64,000 bases of DNA from Deltaproteobacteria bacterium (GTDB lineage: Bacteria; Desulfobacterota; DSM-4660; Desulfatiglandales; B25-G16). Numbering within the stretch: position 1 is the stretch's first letter; each line of letters opens with the position of its first letter. A program made the translations under genes and the position numbers. The DNA lies in NCBI GenBank assembly GCA_020349945.1, contig CP070704.1, positions 509,700-573,699 of the forward strand. The letters are read 5' to 3'. The notes beneath the pieces are model-generated. The model was given only the letters and a program-made list of their open reading frames with translations, ran no database searches and was not told the DNA's origin. Of the stretch, positions 10,632 to 20,143 are shown piece by piece.

Positions 10632-12527
10632 ATGTTCATCACCCTAATGAGAAAGCATACCAAAGGTATCATGATTAAGGTAATGGTAGGGCTCATCGCC
10701 GTTGTCTTTGTCTTTTGGGGTGTATATTCAATCCGGGAGAGGCCTGGTTCAAAGATCGCCTATGTTAACGGCGATCTGATCACGGGCCAGGAATATGAAG
10801 CAGTGTATCGGGATATGCTCGATGCATTACAGAAACAGTATGGAGAATACTGGAATGATAATCTAATAAAGGTATTTCAGCTCAGGAAAAAGGCGCTGGA
10901 CAGCCTGATAGATAAGAGATTAATCAGTCAGGAGGCTGCCAGGCTCGGCCTGAAGATCACGGATGATGAGGTATCCAATGCTATTCTTACCTACCCTGCC
11001 TTTCAAGTAAATGGGGGGTTTGACGAGGGAAGGTATAGGTCTCTTTTGAGGTATAATAGGATGGAACCAGAGGACTTTGAATCAGGGATAAGATCGGAAT
11101 TGTTAGGGCAGAAAATTCATCACCTTATCAAAAGCTTTTTCCCCATAACAGACATGGAGGTTATGAATTACTACACCCATGGAAAAGAGAAGATCAACAT
11201 TGGTTTTGTCTCCTTCAACCCAGGGGATTTTAAGGAAAAAGTAGAGGTAAAACAAGATGAGAAAGAGGACTATTTCGAGGAAAATAAGGAGAGATACAGG
11301 ATTTCAGAAAGCATAAAAATAGCCTACCTTGCCCTCGACCCATCTGACTTTGTGGACAACGTAACTGTCACAGAAAAGGAGATATCAGACTATTACGAAT
11401 TAAATCAAGAAGGCTTTAAAGATCCGAAGCAAATTAAGGCGCGCCATATCCTTTTTAAGGTATCGCCGGATGCATCTGAATCAGAAGAGACGGAGACAAA
11501 AGAGAAGGCACTTGCCATACTGAAAAGGGCAAGACAGGGAGAGGATTTTTCAGAACTTGCCAGAGAATATTCTCAAGATCCTAGTGCCTCAAAAGGAGGG
11601 GATCTCGGCTATTTTAAGATGGGTACAATGGCTAAGCCCTTTGAAGAACTGGCATTCAGTCTTAAATCAGGAGAGCTCGGTGGGCCAATAAGAAGCAAGC
11701 TTGGCTGGCATATAATTAAGGTCGATGATATTAAGGATGCCACTATTAAGACACTCGCCGACGTTCGAGATCAGATAGTAGCTACCTTAAAGAAGGATAT
11801 AAGCCGGGACCTGGCACATGAAAGGATCCTGAGTCTGGTAGATCAGATGCCATACGATATTGATTTAGCCTCCTATGCAGCCCAGCATGGGCTTACGGTA
11901 AATGAGAGCGATTATTTTCCCAAAGAAGGGGCCATACCAGGACTGGGAACGGATGAAAGGCTCAAGAAATCTATCTACTCCTTAGAGAAGGGGGAGGTAA
12001 GCGAGGTCATCGAACATAAGGGTACATTCAATATCATCCAGGTCGTTGACAGCAAGGATTCCTATATTCCAGAGATGAGTGAGGTATCTGATCAATTGCA
12101 TAAGGATTTCATAGATCATCTATCCCTCGTTGCTGCAAAAAATGAGGCAGAGGGTTACCTTAAGGAATTACGGGGGGGTGCTGATTGGTTCGAACTGGCT
12201 AAGAAGAAGAACCTAAAGACAGATGAGACAGGCTTCTTTACCAGAGGGGAGAATATACCCAAAATCGGTTATGCACCATCACTACGTGAGGTCGCCTTTT
12301 CGCTCTCATCTCAAAATAGATATCCGGATCAGGTCTTTGAGGTAAATAAGAAGGTCTGTATTATTAGATGGCTCGATAAAGAAGGCATCAATAGAGAGGA
12401 TTTTGATAAAGAAAAGAAGTCCTTTGAGCAGGCTCTCCTTTTAACAAAGGAGAGAAGGGTATCTAGTGCCTGGCTTCAATCCTTAAAAGACAAGGCAGAG
12501 ATAAAGATTGTAACCCCTCTCGAATGA
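10632..12527 (+). CDS. ppiD: periplasmic chaperone / peptidyl-prolyl isomerase PpiD-like
   Basis: N-terminal membrane anchor, SurA-N-like region, and a parvulin domain (ARHILF, GGDLGYF, GWHIIKV). ATG 10632 follows AAAGGAGG. Confidence 0.8.
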   Translation: MFITLMRKHTKGIMIKVMVGLIAVVFVFWGVYSIRERPGSKIAYVNGDLITGQEYEAVYRDMLDALQKQYGEYWNDNLIKVFQLRKKALDSLIDKRLISQEAARLGLKITDDEVSNAILTYPAFQVNGGFDEGRYRSLLRYNRMEPEDFESGIRSELLGQKIHHLIKSFFPITDMEVMNYYTHGKEKINIGFVSFNPGDFKEKVEVKQDEKEDYFEENKERYRISESIKIAYLALDPSDFVDNVTVTEKEISDYYELNQEGFKDPKQIKARHILFKVSPDASESEETETKEKALAILKRARQGEDFSELAREYSQDPSASKGGDLGYFKMGTMAKPFEELAFSLKSGELGGPIRSKLGWHIIKVDDIKDATIKTLADVRDQIVATLKKDISRDLAHERILSLVDQMPYDIDLASYAAQHGLTVNESDYFPKEGAIPGLGTDERLKKSIYSLEKGEVSEVIEHKGTFNIIQVVDSKDSYIPEMSEVSDQLHKDFIDHLSLVAAKNEAEGYLKELRGGADWFELAKKKNLKTDETGFFTRGENIPKIGYAPSLREVAFSLSSQNRYPDQVFEVNKKVCIIRWLDKEGINREDFDKEKKSFEQALLLTKERRVSSAWLQSLKDKAEIKIVTPLE

Positions 12528-12579
12528 AAAGACAAACCCGGGTCGTGAATACTTTCCCCTTGACATAATTTAGGAATAC

Positions 12580-13755
12580 ATGTTTATTCCCATTGTCTCT
12601 TTAGAGCAGGCAAAAAAGGAGAATAGAAAGGTGAGGCCTTTAAGGAACACCCTAACGAGCTCAATGATCGTGTGCCTTGTTTTTCTCATCCATCCCGCTG
12701 ACGCCCAGGCGAGAGACGTTGCTGAAAGTTCCTATCATGGACAACTTGGAAGAAGTCCAGCCCTTGGTGGGTGGGGTAATGGTCTTGGGATGCTGGAAAA
12801 GTGGGACGCCTTTAATAATTTTAGCTTTGAAAAACAGGGGAGGATTAGAGGGTGGAAGCAAAAGTGCGGTCAATGTCATACCTCCACCTACAGGGATCCT
12901 GCAACTGGAAAGACTGACTGCCGGCTCTGCCATAAGACCAAGGATGGCAAAGGGAAACCAACAGTTGCCCAATGCGCAAGGTGCCACCACACCTATGGTA
13001 CGCTCAAGAGAGGGGATATGTTTGATGAAGAACATGATATCCATATAGCAGTGGGAATGAGGTGCCATGATTGTCATGAGAGATTAACAGATCCCCATAG
13101 CAATCACCAGTTTGCCAAGGGATATGCCATTGATACAACAGAGAACACCATGGAGGGGACCCTTTCCTGCACAAAATGCCACGAGGAAAAGCCCCATACC
13201 GGTCTTTCTGAAGGTGAAATCCTGGACGGCAAACATGTTGAGAGAATAGCATGTGTAACCTGCCATACCGGTCCGAGGCCGGGCAAAGCCATAAAGAGCA
13301 GAAGCTGGAATAAATATACCAAAGACGGCAATCCGGTAACAGAAAAAAGACAACCTGGATGGATTCCAAAACATAAATGGTACATTGGAAGGAAGTTAGG
13401 TCACCTTCCTATTCTAGGGGCCACGGATCTCATGGCCAAAATCTATCCCTTTAATGTGGTTGCCGTAACCTGGTTCATCGAAAGAGGTGATGCTGAACCT
13501 GAAGATGTCATCATTGTCCCTGAGGTCAAGGCGGCAGATGCCAATAATGATGGAGAAACCACGGTTGAGGAGATGCGGACATACGAGAAAGGAAAATACA
13601 GGGATGCCGCATTGGTTACCAAAGAGTTCAGTTTCAGCGTAACCCACTCCGTTGTTCCAAGTGAACAAGCCTTCAATTGCAAAGATTGTCATGGAAAGGA
13701 TGCCTCCGTGCTCAACTGGAAAGAACTTGGATATGATGGCGATCCCTACTATTGA
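12580..13755 (+). CDS. heptahaem c-type cytochrome, exported
   Basis: Seven CxxCH motifs (CGQCH, CRLCH, CARCH, CHDCH, CTKCH, CVTCH, CKDCH) and a hydrophobic signal region. The true start may be the GTG at 12631, which lies after AAGGAG. Confidence 0.85.
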   Translation: MFIPIVSLEQAKKENRKVRPLRNTLTSSMIVCLVFLIHPADAQARDVAESSYHGQLGRSPALGGWGNGLGMLEKWDAFNNFSFEKQGRIRGWKQKCGQCHTSTYRDPATGKTDCRLCHKTKDGKGKPTVAQCARCHHTYGTLKRGDMFDEEHDIHIAVGMRCHDCHERLTDPHSNHQFAKGYAIDTTENTMEGTLSCTKCHEEKPHTGLSEGEILDGKHVERIACVTCHTGPRPGKAIKSRSWNKYTKDGNPVTEKRQPGWIPKHKWYIGRKLGHLPILGATDLMAKIYPFNVVAVTWFIERGDAEPEDVIIVPEVKAADANNDGETTVEEMRTYEKGKYRDAALVTKEFSFSVTHSVVPSEQAFNCKDCHGKDASVLNWKELGYDGDPYY

Positions 13756-13824
13756 TCAATAACCTGCTCCCATCCCTCTGGTATAAGCCTTCCTGTTCCA
13801 GGGTGGAGGGCATTTTTACGTGCC

Positions 13825-14181
13825 TCACGGTTTCCAGTTGGGATTTCCGGGATGTGTACCGGCGGCAAATTCCTCATCATTGGTGAATCCGTCGCCATCA
13901 GAATCCAATGCGCCCAACCCCTTTGTATATTCTTCCCCGGCTGGAATGGCAATCCTTTCATAGTCCTGCCCAAAGGCATTCCGTTTCCCTCCTCCTCTGG
14001 GATCAACGTGGCAGGTGCCACACCCAAAACTCCGAGGGATATTCCCTGTACGGAATGGCTTGCCTGATACAGCCGAGATCGTTGCTAATGAAAACACAGC
14101 ACAAATGAAAAGGGCCATTAGGTACCTGAGTACCCGCTTTCTGGATATGCTCGCTTGCATCATGATGCCTCCTTTAACCAA
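13825..14181 (-). CDS. small exported monohaem c-type cytochrome with a Ca-binding-type loop
   Basis: 118 aa. Signal peptide, a single CGTCH motif, and a DSDGDGFTNDEE loop. Confidence 0.65.
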   Translation of the reverse strand: MVKGGIMMQASISRKRVLRYLMALFICAVFSLATISAVSGKPFRTGNIPRSFGCGTCHVDPRGGGKRNAFGQDYERIAIPAGEEYTKGLGALDSDGDGFTNDEEFAAGTHPGNPNWKP

Positions 14182-14512
14182 ATATTCCCCTGCTCATATA
14201 CCTAGACACTATCCTAAATTATAATGTCATTTTTCAGCTGCCTTTGTAAAGAGTCTCGGGATCCTTCTCTTGGATTGGAAAAAATGCGACTCCCCATCAA
14301 ATACGTAACCCCCTGGTGACGTTATGATCTAGGATGTTCGATCACATTTATGCTGGGACAAAATTTGTGGGCCAATCAGCGTTTTGACCTCTTCTTCCTC
14401 AACAAGGAGATCATAGCTTATAGAGACAGAACAGACATTTCTTATTGTCTGTGAGGTCACGAGCAGATGGTCACATACGGCCCAGCCTGCCTCCGTATCT
14501 TGGCCTTTCCCA

Positions 14513-14542
14513 TTGACACGGGCACCTCCTTTACCATATACT
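14513..14542 (+). promoter_or_regulatory. putative sigma70-type promoter for the usp gene
   Basis: TTGACA (14513-14518), 18-nt spacer, TATACT (14537-14542). Confidence 0.35.
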
Positions 14543-14649
14543 ATCTTGTCCGAAAGCCTATTCCCGTCATTGAATGGGTGTTCCTGTGGGGCACCTTAGC
14601 CATCTGAGGCAACGAGCCAAGGAAGACTGGCTCAGGAAAGGAGTCAAAC

Positions 14650-15564
14650 ATGTATCGATACAAGCGAATTTTGGTAGGGATTTCCTTCGCTCACCAGGAC
14701 GGATCGTCTATCCGCTATGCAGCCCTGATTAGCCGGATGGCCAGATCTCAGAAGATTATTTTTCTCCATGTTGCCAGCTCCCTGGATGTTCCAGAAGATC
14801 TTCGCACGGAGTACCCAGATTTGTTCCAGCCCGTTGATGAATATGCGAGGCACGAAATGGAGGCCCTTGTCAAAAAATACTTCGAGGGCTATCCCGACAC
14901 GCAGATTGAGTATGATGTTGTCGAAGGGTCCCCACTGATCGAGTTCTTGCGCCGAGCTAAAGAGCAAGAAATAGATCTCATCGTGATGCGAAAACGACGC
15001 AGACCAACGGCGGGCGGAACCCTGTTCGAAAAACTTGCCCGGAAGGCACCCTGCTCGGTGCTTTTCGTCCCTGAGGGAAGCAAGGCCTGGTTCACGAATA
15101 TCCTCGTTCCAGTAGATTTTTCAGAAAACTCACTCGACGCAATGGACGCAGCCGTAGCCATTGCATCGGCATCTGTCGGGATACAGGAGATCTACTGTCT
15201 CCATGTCTATAGTGTCCCTATCGGCTATTCCAGGACCGGAAAGAGCTACAGACAGTTTGCCCAGATCATGAAAGGGCATGCAGAAAAAAACTATCAGGAA
15301 TTTATTAGGAAAATTGATCTGAAGGGCCTTTCCGTAACCCCCATTTTTAAACTGGAGAAAAAGGCATACAAGGGCATCGAGGGTGTAATCAAAGATCTCC
15401 AGAAATGTCTCCTAGTCATCGGGGCAAGGGGAAGGAAAGCCGGGGCTGGGGTCCTGCTTGGGAGCGTAACGGAACACCTAATCAGAACCACGACCACTCC
15501 CCTGCTGGCCGTAAAAAAGAAGGGTACAGGTATGGGCCTCCTTGATGCGCTGCTCAAATTGTAG
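14650..15564 (+). CDS. tandem universal stress protein (2x UspA domain)
   Basis: 304 aa with two Usp repeats. The second ends in the ATP-binding-type motif GARGRKAGAGVLLGSVTEHL. Confidence 0.85.
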   Translation: MYRYKRILVGISFAHQDGSSIRYAALISRMARSQKIIFLHVASSLDVPEDLRTEYPDLFQPVDEYARHEMEALVKKYFEGYPDTQIEYDVVEGSPLIEFLRRAKEQEIDLIVMRKRRRPTAGGTLFEKLARKAPCSVLFVPEGSKAWFTNILVPVDFSENSLDAMDAAVAIASASVGIQEIYCLHVYSVPIGYSRTGKSYRQFAQIMKGHAEKNYQEFIRKIDLKGLSVTPIFKLEKKAYKGIEGVIKDLQKCLLVIGARGRKAGAGVLLGSVTEHLIRTTTTPLLAVKKKGTGMGLLDALLKL

Positions 15565-15739
15565 AGAAGGCCCCAATGAAGGTGTCAGCCTCAGGTCTTG
15601 CCTTCATGTACATCCTTCGCCACAGGGCTTGTTCGTCTGGTAGGGCTAATCTTTATACCTCTCTTCACGGATGGTCGTGGACTTGAATCCATCTGGCCGC
15701 GTGTTTATGCAAAACAGTAGAAAAGGAGGCAACTAACTC

Positions 15740-16378
15740 ATGGCCCACTATGAAGCCATAAAGGAAAGGGTACAAGAACTAGCTGAAAGAGCCTGGGACG
15801 TTCCGACCATTGAGGCCAGGTTCACAAGACTAACTGTGGAGGGTATCCCCACCAAGACCCTTGAGCTGGATGAGGTTTTAGCCAACAAGCAGCAAATCCT
15901 GGACCGTGTTCAGCGGCGGGGCGAGGAATATGAATATCTCAGCCACAGTTGCGCCAAGGGTTCAGCCTTGGCCGTGATGGAGGAATTCGGTCTCGGTAAT
16001 ATGGGGATTATTAAAGCCCTGTCTCCATTTCCTGGCTTCGGTGTTACTGGCTGGATATGCGGGGGCGTGACCGGAGGACTGATTGCCCTTGGTCTCTTTT
16101 TTGGCAGCGATGACTTGCTGAACTACGAAGGCACAGGAGCCGCTATGACTGCTGCACGTAAATTTATGCCCCGGTTCGAAGGGGAATTAGGTTCTGTATT
16201 ATGCCCTAAGATACATGAGAATGTGATATTCGGCCGCTACATGGACCCCAGAGCCAGCGACGAGAATTTTGAGGCCTTCAAGAGGGAGAAGGGCTACGAA
16301 AAGTGTGCCCTACCCACGGGGATAGGTGCCAGGCTTGCCGCTCAGATTATCATCGAAGGCATGCTCTCTGAAGGATGA
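15740..16378 (+). CDS. C_GCAxxG_C_C family putative redox protein
   Basis: 212 aa. The SHSCAKGSALAV block and the later WICGGVTGG block resemble the C-GCAxxG-C-C family signature. Confidence 0.55.
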   Translation: MAHYEAIKERVQELAERAWDVPTIEARFTRLTVEGIPTKTLELDEVLANKQQILDRVQRRGEEYEYLSHSCAKGSALAVMEEFGLGNMGIIKALSPFPGFGVTGWICGGVTGGLIALGLFFGSDDLLNYEGTGAAMTAARKFMPRFEGELGSVLCPKIHENVIFGRYMDPRASDENFEAFKREKGYEKCALPTGIGARLAAQIIIEGMLSEG

Positions 16379-17073
16379 GCCTCGTCTTCAGGCCCGGTAG
16401 CTAACATCATAACCGGTTTCCCCTCTCGTATGACCCGATCCACAATCGTACGGGTATAGACCCTCATAGTATCACCACCGCTCTTTTTGAGTATGGGAAT
16501 GAGTCCTGAAATCTCTCCTGTCTCATCATCAAGCAAGATAAAGACACCTCTGGCAGTTCTTTTCAGGAGCTCCAGGATATAATTCAGTATCGTTTTCAAG
16601 ATCTCATTGATATTATGATCTGCATGCAGTGATTCCATTAAGGCACTTGATGCCTTATAGATCAGCTCCATATTTCTCAGTGCAGCCTGGGGTCTATCTT
16701 GCAGAAAGCTTTCAGCCTGTTCACTGGCCTCTCGCCAAACATCTGGTGGGCCCGTACGACCCAGGTCTTTCTCGCTGACTTCCCCGGAAGCATCAATTGG
16801 CATTGACTCCGTAGTAGCGGACTCATCCTCAGCGGAGGCCCTGTCTAGAGAGACGACCACATCACCAAGGGTAATGGGATGGCCGTTTTTGCTGTTTAAA
16901 TCCATAATGAAGTAGGCATCCCCTTTCCTGCTGATCTTTGCATGTTTGCGGGAGACAGATCTATTCTTTATTTGGATGTCATTATCAGGGGAAGGTCTCA
17001 CAGAGATGGCATCGGCTCTCAGCTCAAAAGACCGGCCTCTACCAAGTCCTCCTATAATAGTGATTTTAGACAT
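16342..17073 (-). CDS. FHA-domain protein with GAF-like C-terminal region
   Basis: N-terminal FHA signature (GRGRSFEL, VSRKHAKI, YFIMDLNSKNG). The C-terminal 100 aa are GAF-like. The 3' end overlaps the convergent upstream gene by 37 nt. Confidence 0.6.
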   Translation of the reverse strand: MSKITIIGGLGRGRSFELRADAISVRPSPDNDIQIKNRSVSRKHAKISRKGDAYFIMDLNSKNGHPITLGDVVVSLDRASAEDESATTESMPIDASGEVSEKDLGRTGPPDVWREASEQAESFLQDRPQAALRNMELIYKASSALMESLHADHNINEILKTILNYILELLKRTARGVFILLDDETGEISGLIPILKKSGGDTMRVYTRTIVDRVIREGKPVMMLATGPEDEAHPSESMPSMII

Positions 17074-17314
17074 GAAATCTCCTCCTTTGGCGGGGACGCT
17101 AATACAGAGTAATTTCAGTAACTTTGCAATTTTCTCATAGCATAAGAAAGCCCGGATGGCAAGCCGTCAGGGCTACTAGATTCTGCCTTGAAAGAGGGCT
17201 CATGAGCTTGCTTATTTTTCGGCATTGCTTCATAATGAACTTTAATCCAGCCTTATCTTGACAAGGCTTATTTGGTTCCTGATTAACTAATTTAATAAAT
17301 AAACGTGACGTAGC

Positions 17315-18817
17315 ATGATGCCGAAAATGGTTGATTTGGAAACCTACCAGCCGTGGCCGGTAGCTTACCAGTTAAGGTACTCAATCTTGGAAAAAGTCAA
17401 GAAAGGAGAAGACCCATTACCAGACATTCAAGGCAGGCAGGAGGTAAAAAAGGATGTCTTGAGGGCCTTGTTATCTGGGTCTCATCCCTATTTAGTCTCA
17501 GAAGAGGGCACTGGCAAAACAAGGCTGGCCAGATCAGTAACTAAGCTTCTACCACCAGTCCCGGTTATCACGGGTTGTCCTTATAATGACGACCCAAAAT
17601 GGCCATCCAGTCTTCTCTGCCCAAGATGTAGAACCAGTAAAGATCCAATCAAAGAATATGGCATCGAATTACTCAGAGGAGGGAAGAGATTTTCTCGGAT
17701 CCAAGGTAATGAATATACAAATGAGGCGAAATTGTTGGGGTTAAAGGACATCCAGGCAATTGCCCAAGGCAAAAGTCCGTCTGACCCTGAGGTTTTCACT
17801 GGAACCGGAGTCTTCAGGGCCAGTCGGGGAATCCTGTTTGTTGATGAGCTGCCGGCTATTAGAACCAAGGTCCAAGTTCTCTTGCACCCAGTTCTGGAAG
17901 AGAAAAAGGCAATTCTGGAAGAATATAACTGGGAACATCCTTTGGACTTGCTCTTAATAGCTACTGGTAATCCAGAGGGTTTCTCCCATGTTAATGAAGT
18001 CCCTCGGCCTCTACTAGACCGACTAGAGCTAATCTACATGGATCTGCCTGAAGAAACAGTGGAAAAAGAAATCATGCTCAGGGAAAAATTTAGGATAAAG
18101 GATTATGGCCAGCTGGTTGAAAAACCAGGGCCTTTATTCTATCCAGCCTTGGAAGAGTTGGAAAGAAGGGCTGCCCTCCCCTGGTGGATTATGGATTTGG
18201 TCAATAAAGCAGTCAGGCACAGCCGAATTTGCCGTTGGTTAGATAAAAAGGCTTCGATAAGGGGAACTACCAAAGGGCTGGATCATACCTATGCCTCAGT
18301 CGAATTGGAAAATCGAAAGGTAGCTAATCTAAAAGATGTCTATCAGGGACTAAAATTGGCCTTACGAGGAAGGATTGGCCTAAGAGCTGATCTCATAGAT
18401 TTTGAAAAACCAGGAGAAGGTTTTGGAAAAACTGATCAAGTAACCGAGGATTTGCTCTGGAATGCATTAGAAAATCTTGATTTTCACTATGACACAGACC
18501 AAGAAAAGCTGACTGGTGAGATAACTTCCTTATTCTCCAATGGGTTAAAGGACGTTACCGAAAAGCTTCAAAGATACCAAGAATTAAACAGCCTCATAGA
18601 GCAAATGAAAAAGATGGGCCAAGAAAAGGTAACCGATGATTTGAATGAAACAGAGAAGAAATTATTCTGCTCTCCAGACAAGGCCGATAGGGAAGTGTTG
18701 GCAGAGTATAACTATTCAGCTTTGGAGACTCTAGTCAATCTGGCCTGGCATAAGAGAATGATTAAGGAGGAAATAATTAGAGGAAAGGTTTTTATTCCTC
18801 AAATGGCAAAATGGTAG
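17315..18817 (+). CDS. ChlI/BchI-like (MoxR-class) AAA+ ATPase with Cys-rich insert
   Basis: Walker A EEGTGKTRLA, Walker B ILFVDELP, ATGNPEG and PLLDRLEL blocks. The ChlI-like segment CPYNDDP...CPRC follows the P-loop. Confidence 0.75.
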   Translation: MMPKMVDLETYQPWPVAYQLRYSILEKVKKGEDPLPDIQGRQEVKKDVLRALLSGSHPYLVSEEGTGKTRLARSVTKLLPPVPVITGCPYNDDPKWPSSLLCPRCRTSKDPIKEYGIELLRGGKRFSRIQGNEYTNEAKLLGLKDIQAIAQGKSPSDPEVFTGTGVFRASRGILFVDELPAIRTKVQVLLHPVLEEKKAILEEYNWEHPLDLLLIATGNPEGFSHVNEVPRPLLDRLELIYMDLPEETVEKEIMLREKFRIKDYGQLVEKPGPLFYPALEELERRAALPWWIMDLVNKAVRHSRICRWLDKKASIRGTTKGLDHTYASVELENRKVANLKDVYQGLKLALRGRIGLRADLIDFEKPGEGFGKTDQVTEDLLWNALENLDFHYDTDQEKLTGEITSLFSNGLKDVTEKLQRYQELNSLIEQMKKMGQEKVTDDLNETEKKLFCSPDKADREVLAEYNYSALETLVNLAWHKRMIKEEIIRGKVFIPQMAKW

Positions 18818-20106
18818 AGAGGAGATCCGAAACATTGGAGATCTGCAAGAGATGTTTGATTGAGCAGCCTCAAGAGAGCAGCGTTTTACGTGAGATTGCC
18901 AACTCTAAAAATCGCTCGCTTCAAAACTTGCTCAGGCAACTTCAATATAGGGGGAGTAGTTTAAGAGAAAAGGCCACTCAATATGCCAAAAAGCGATTAG
19001 AGGAAACAAGGGAAAAACAAGCCGCATATGAGGAAAAGTTAAAACAATATGAAGAGAAGTTAGCCTCTCAGATCATGGACAGAATCTTACAAGGAGAAGA
19101 GGTGGATAAAGTTGCGGAAAGCATAGCCAGAGATAAGGTAAGAAGAGAATTAGAACAGCAGATAAGACAGTTAAGGTGGCAGCCAGGGGAATTAACCGAT
19201 CAAGACCTAGAAGAAAGCTTAAAAGAATATATTGACCAGGGGGATATTGATTTAGAAAGAGGGAAGATTAGGATAACCCCAAAAGGGGCGAGAAAAATAG
19301 CCAAGAATATTTTGAGAAGAATCTTAGAAAACCTGTCCGAGAAGGAGATGGGTGCTCATAGCATAGAAGAAACAGGTCACGGTTCAGAGCTCTCTGTCAC
19401 CTCAAGGAAATATGAGCCAGGGGATGAGTATGATAAGATCGATTTCGAGGAAACTTTTCTGAGTGCCTTAGAGAGAAACGCCTCACAAAGGATAAGAGCG
19501 GGAAATATTTCCTTGGAATTAGAAGATTTTCACGTCTACGAAGAAATACATCAAACCAAGATGTGTTGTGGGCTGATTATAGATGAGTCGGGCAGTATGA
19601 GCGGAGATAAGATAAATGCAGCCGTAGACACAGCCTTAGCCCTATCTGAGCTGATCAGAAGGGAGCCAAAAGATTGGCTGAAAGTTTATCTGTTCTCTTC
19701 CCGGGTTAGAGAGTTGCCCTATTACGAGATTTTGAACGCCAGTTTTTCTGGCGGGACAACAGATATAAGAGCGGCCATGAGGGCATTCAGAAAAGCTGTC
19801 TTCGCAGAGAAAGGAGATAAACAGGCCTATCTCATTACAGATACTGATCCTAATACAGAAGATGCAAGGTTTGTGGGGTTTAAGCGGGCAGTTGCTGGAG
19901 TAGTGCGGGAATCTCTCTATTACCGACAGGCTGGCATCACCTTGAACATAATTATGCTAGACCAAAGTCCCCGGTTGAAGGAGTTGGCCTCCATTTTGGC
20001 CAGAAAAAATCTAGGCAGGGCTTTCTTCACCTCTCCCCTGAGATTAGGAGAAATGGTCGTTGAAGATTATCTAACCAGTAAAAGGAGAACCTGTCGATGG
20101 TTTTAA
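18811..20106 (+). CDS. VWA-domain protein (CoxE-like) with long coiled-coil N-terminus
   Basis: MIDAS motif DESGSMSG (19582-19596 encodes DESGS). A YEPGDEYD block precedes the VWA domain, as in CoxE-type proteins. The start overlaps the AAA+ stop by 7 nt. Confidence 0.75.
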   Translation: MVERRSETLEICKRCLIEQPQESSVLREIANSKNRSLQNLLRQLQYRGSSLREKATQYAKKRLEETREKQAAYEEKLKQYEEKLASQIMDRILQGEEVDKVAESIARDKVRRELEQQIRQLRWQPGELTDQDLEESLKEYIDQGDIDLERGKIRITPKGARKIAKNILRRILENLSEKEMGAHSIEETGHGSELSVTSRKYEPGDEYDKIDFEETFLSALERNASQRIRAGNISLELEDFHVYEEIHQTKMCCGLIIDESGSMSGDKINAAVDTALALSELIRREPKDWLKVYLFSSRVRELPYYEILNASFSGGTTDIRAAMRAFRKAVFAEKGDKQAYLITDTDPNTEDARFVGFKRAVAGVVRESLYYRQAGITLNIIMLDQSPRLKELASILARKNLGRAFFTSPLRLGEMVVEDYLTSKRRTCRWF

Positions 20107-20143
20107 GGGACTTGGACATCTTAGCGATGTTCTTTTCAAGATT

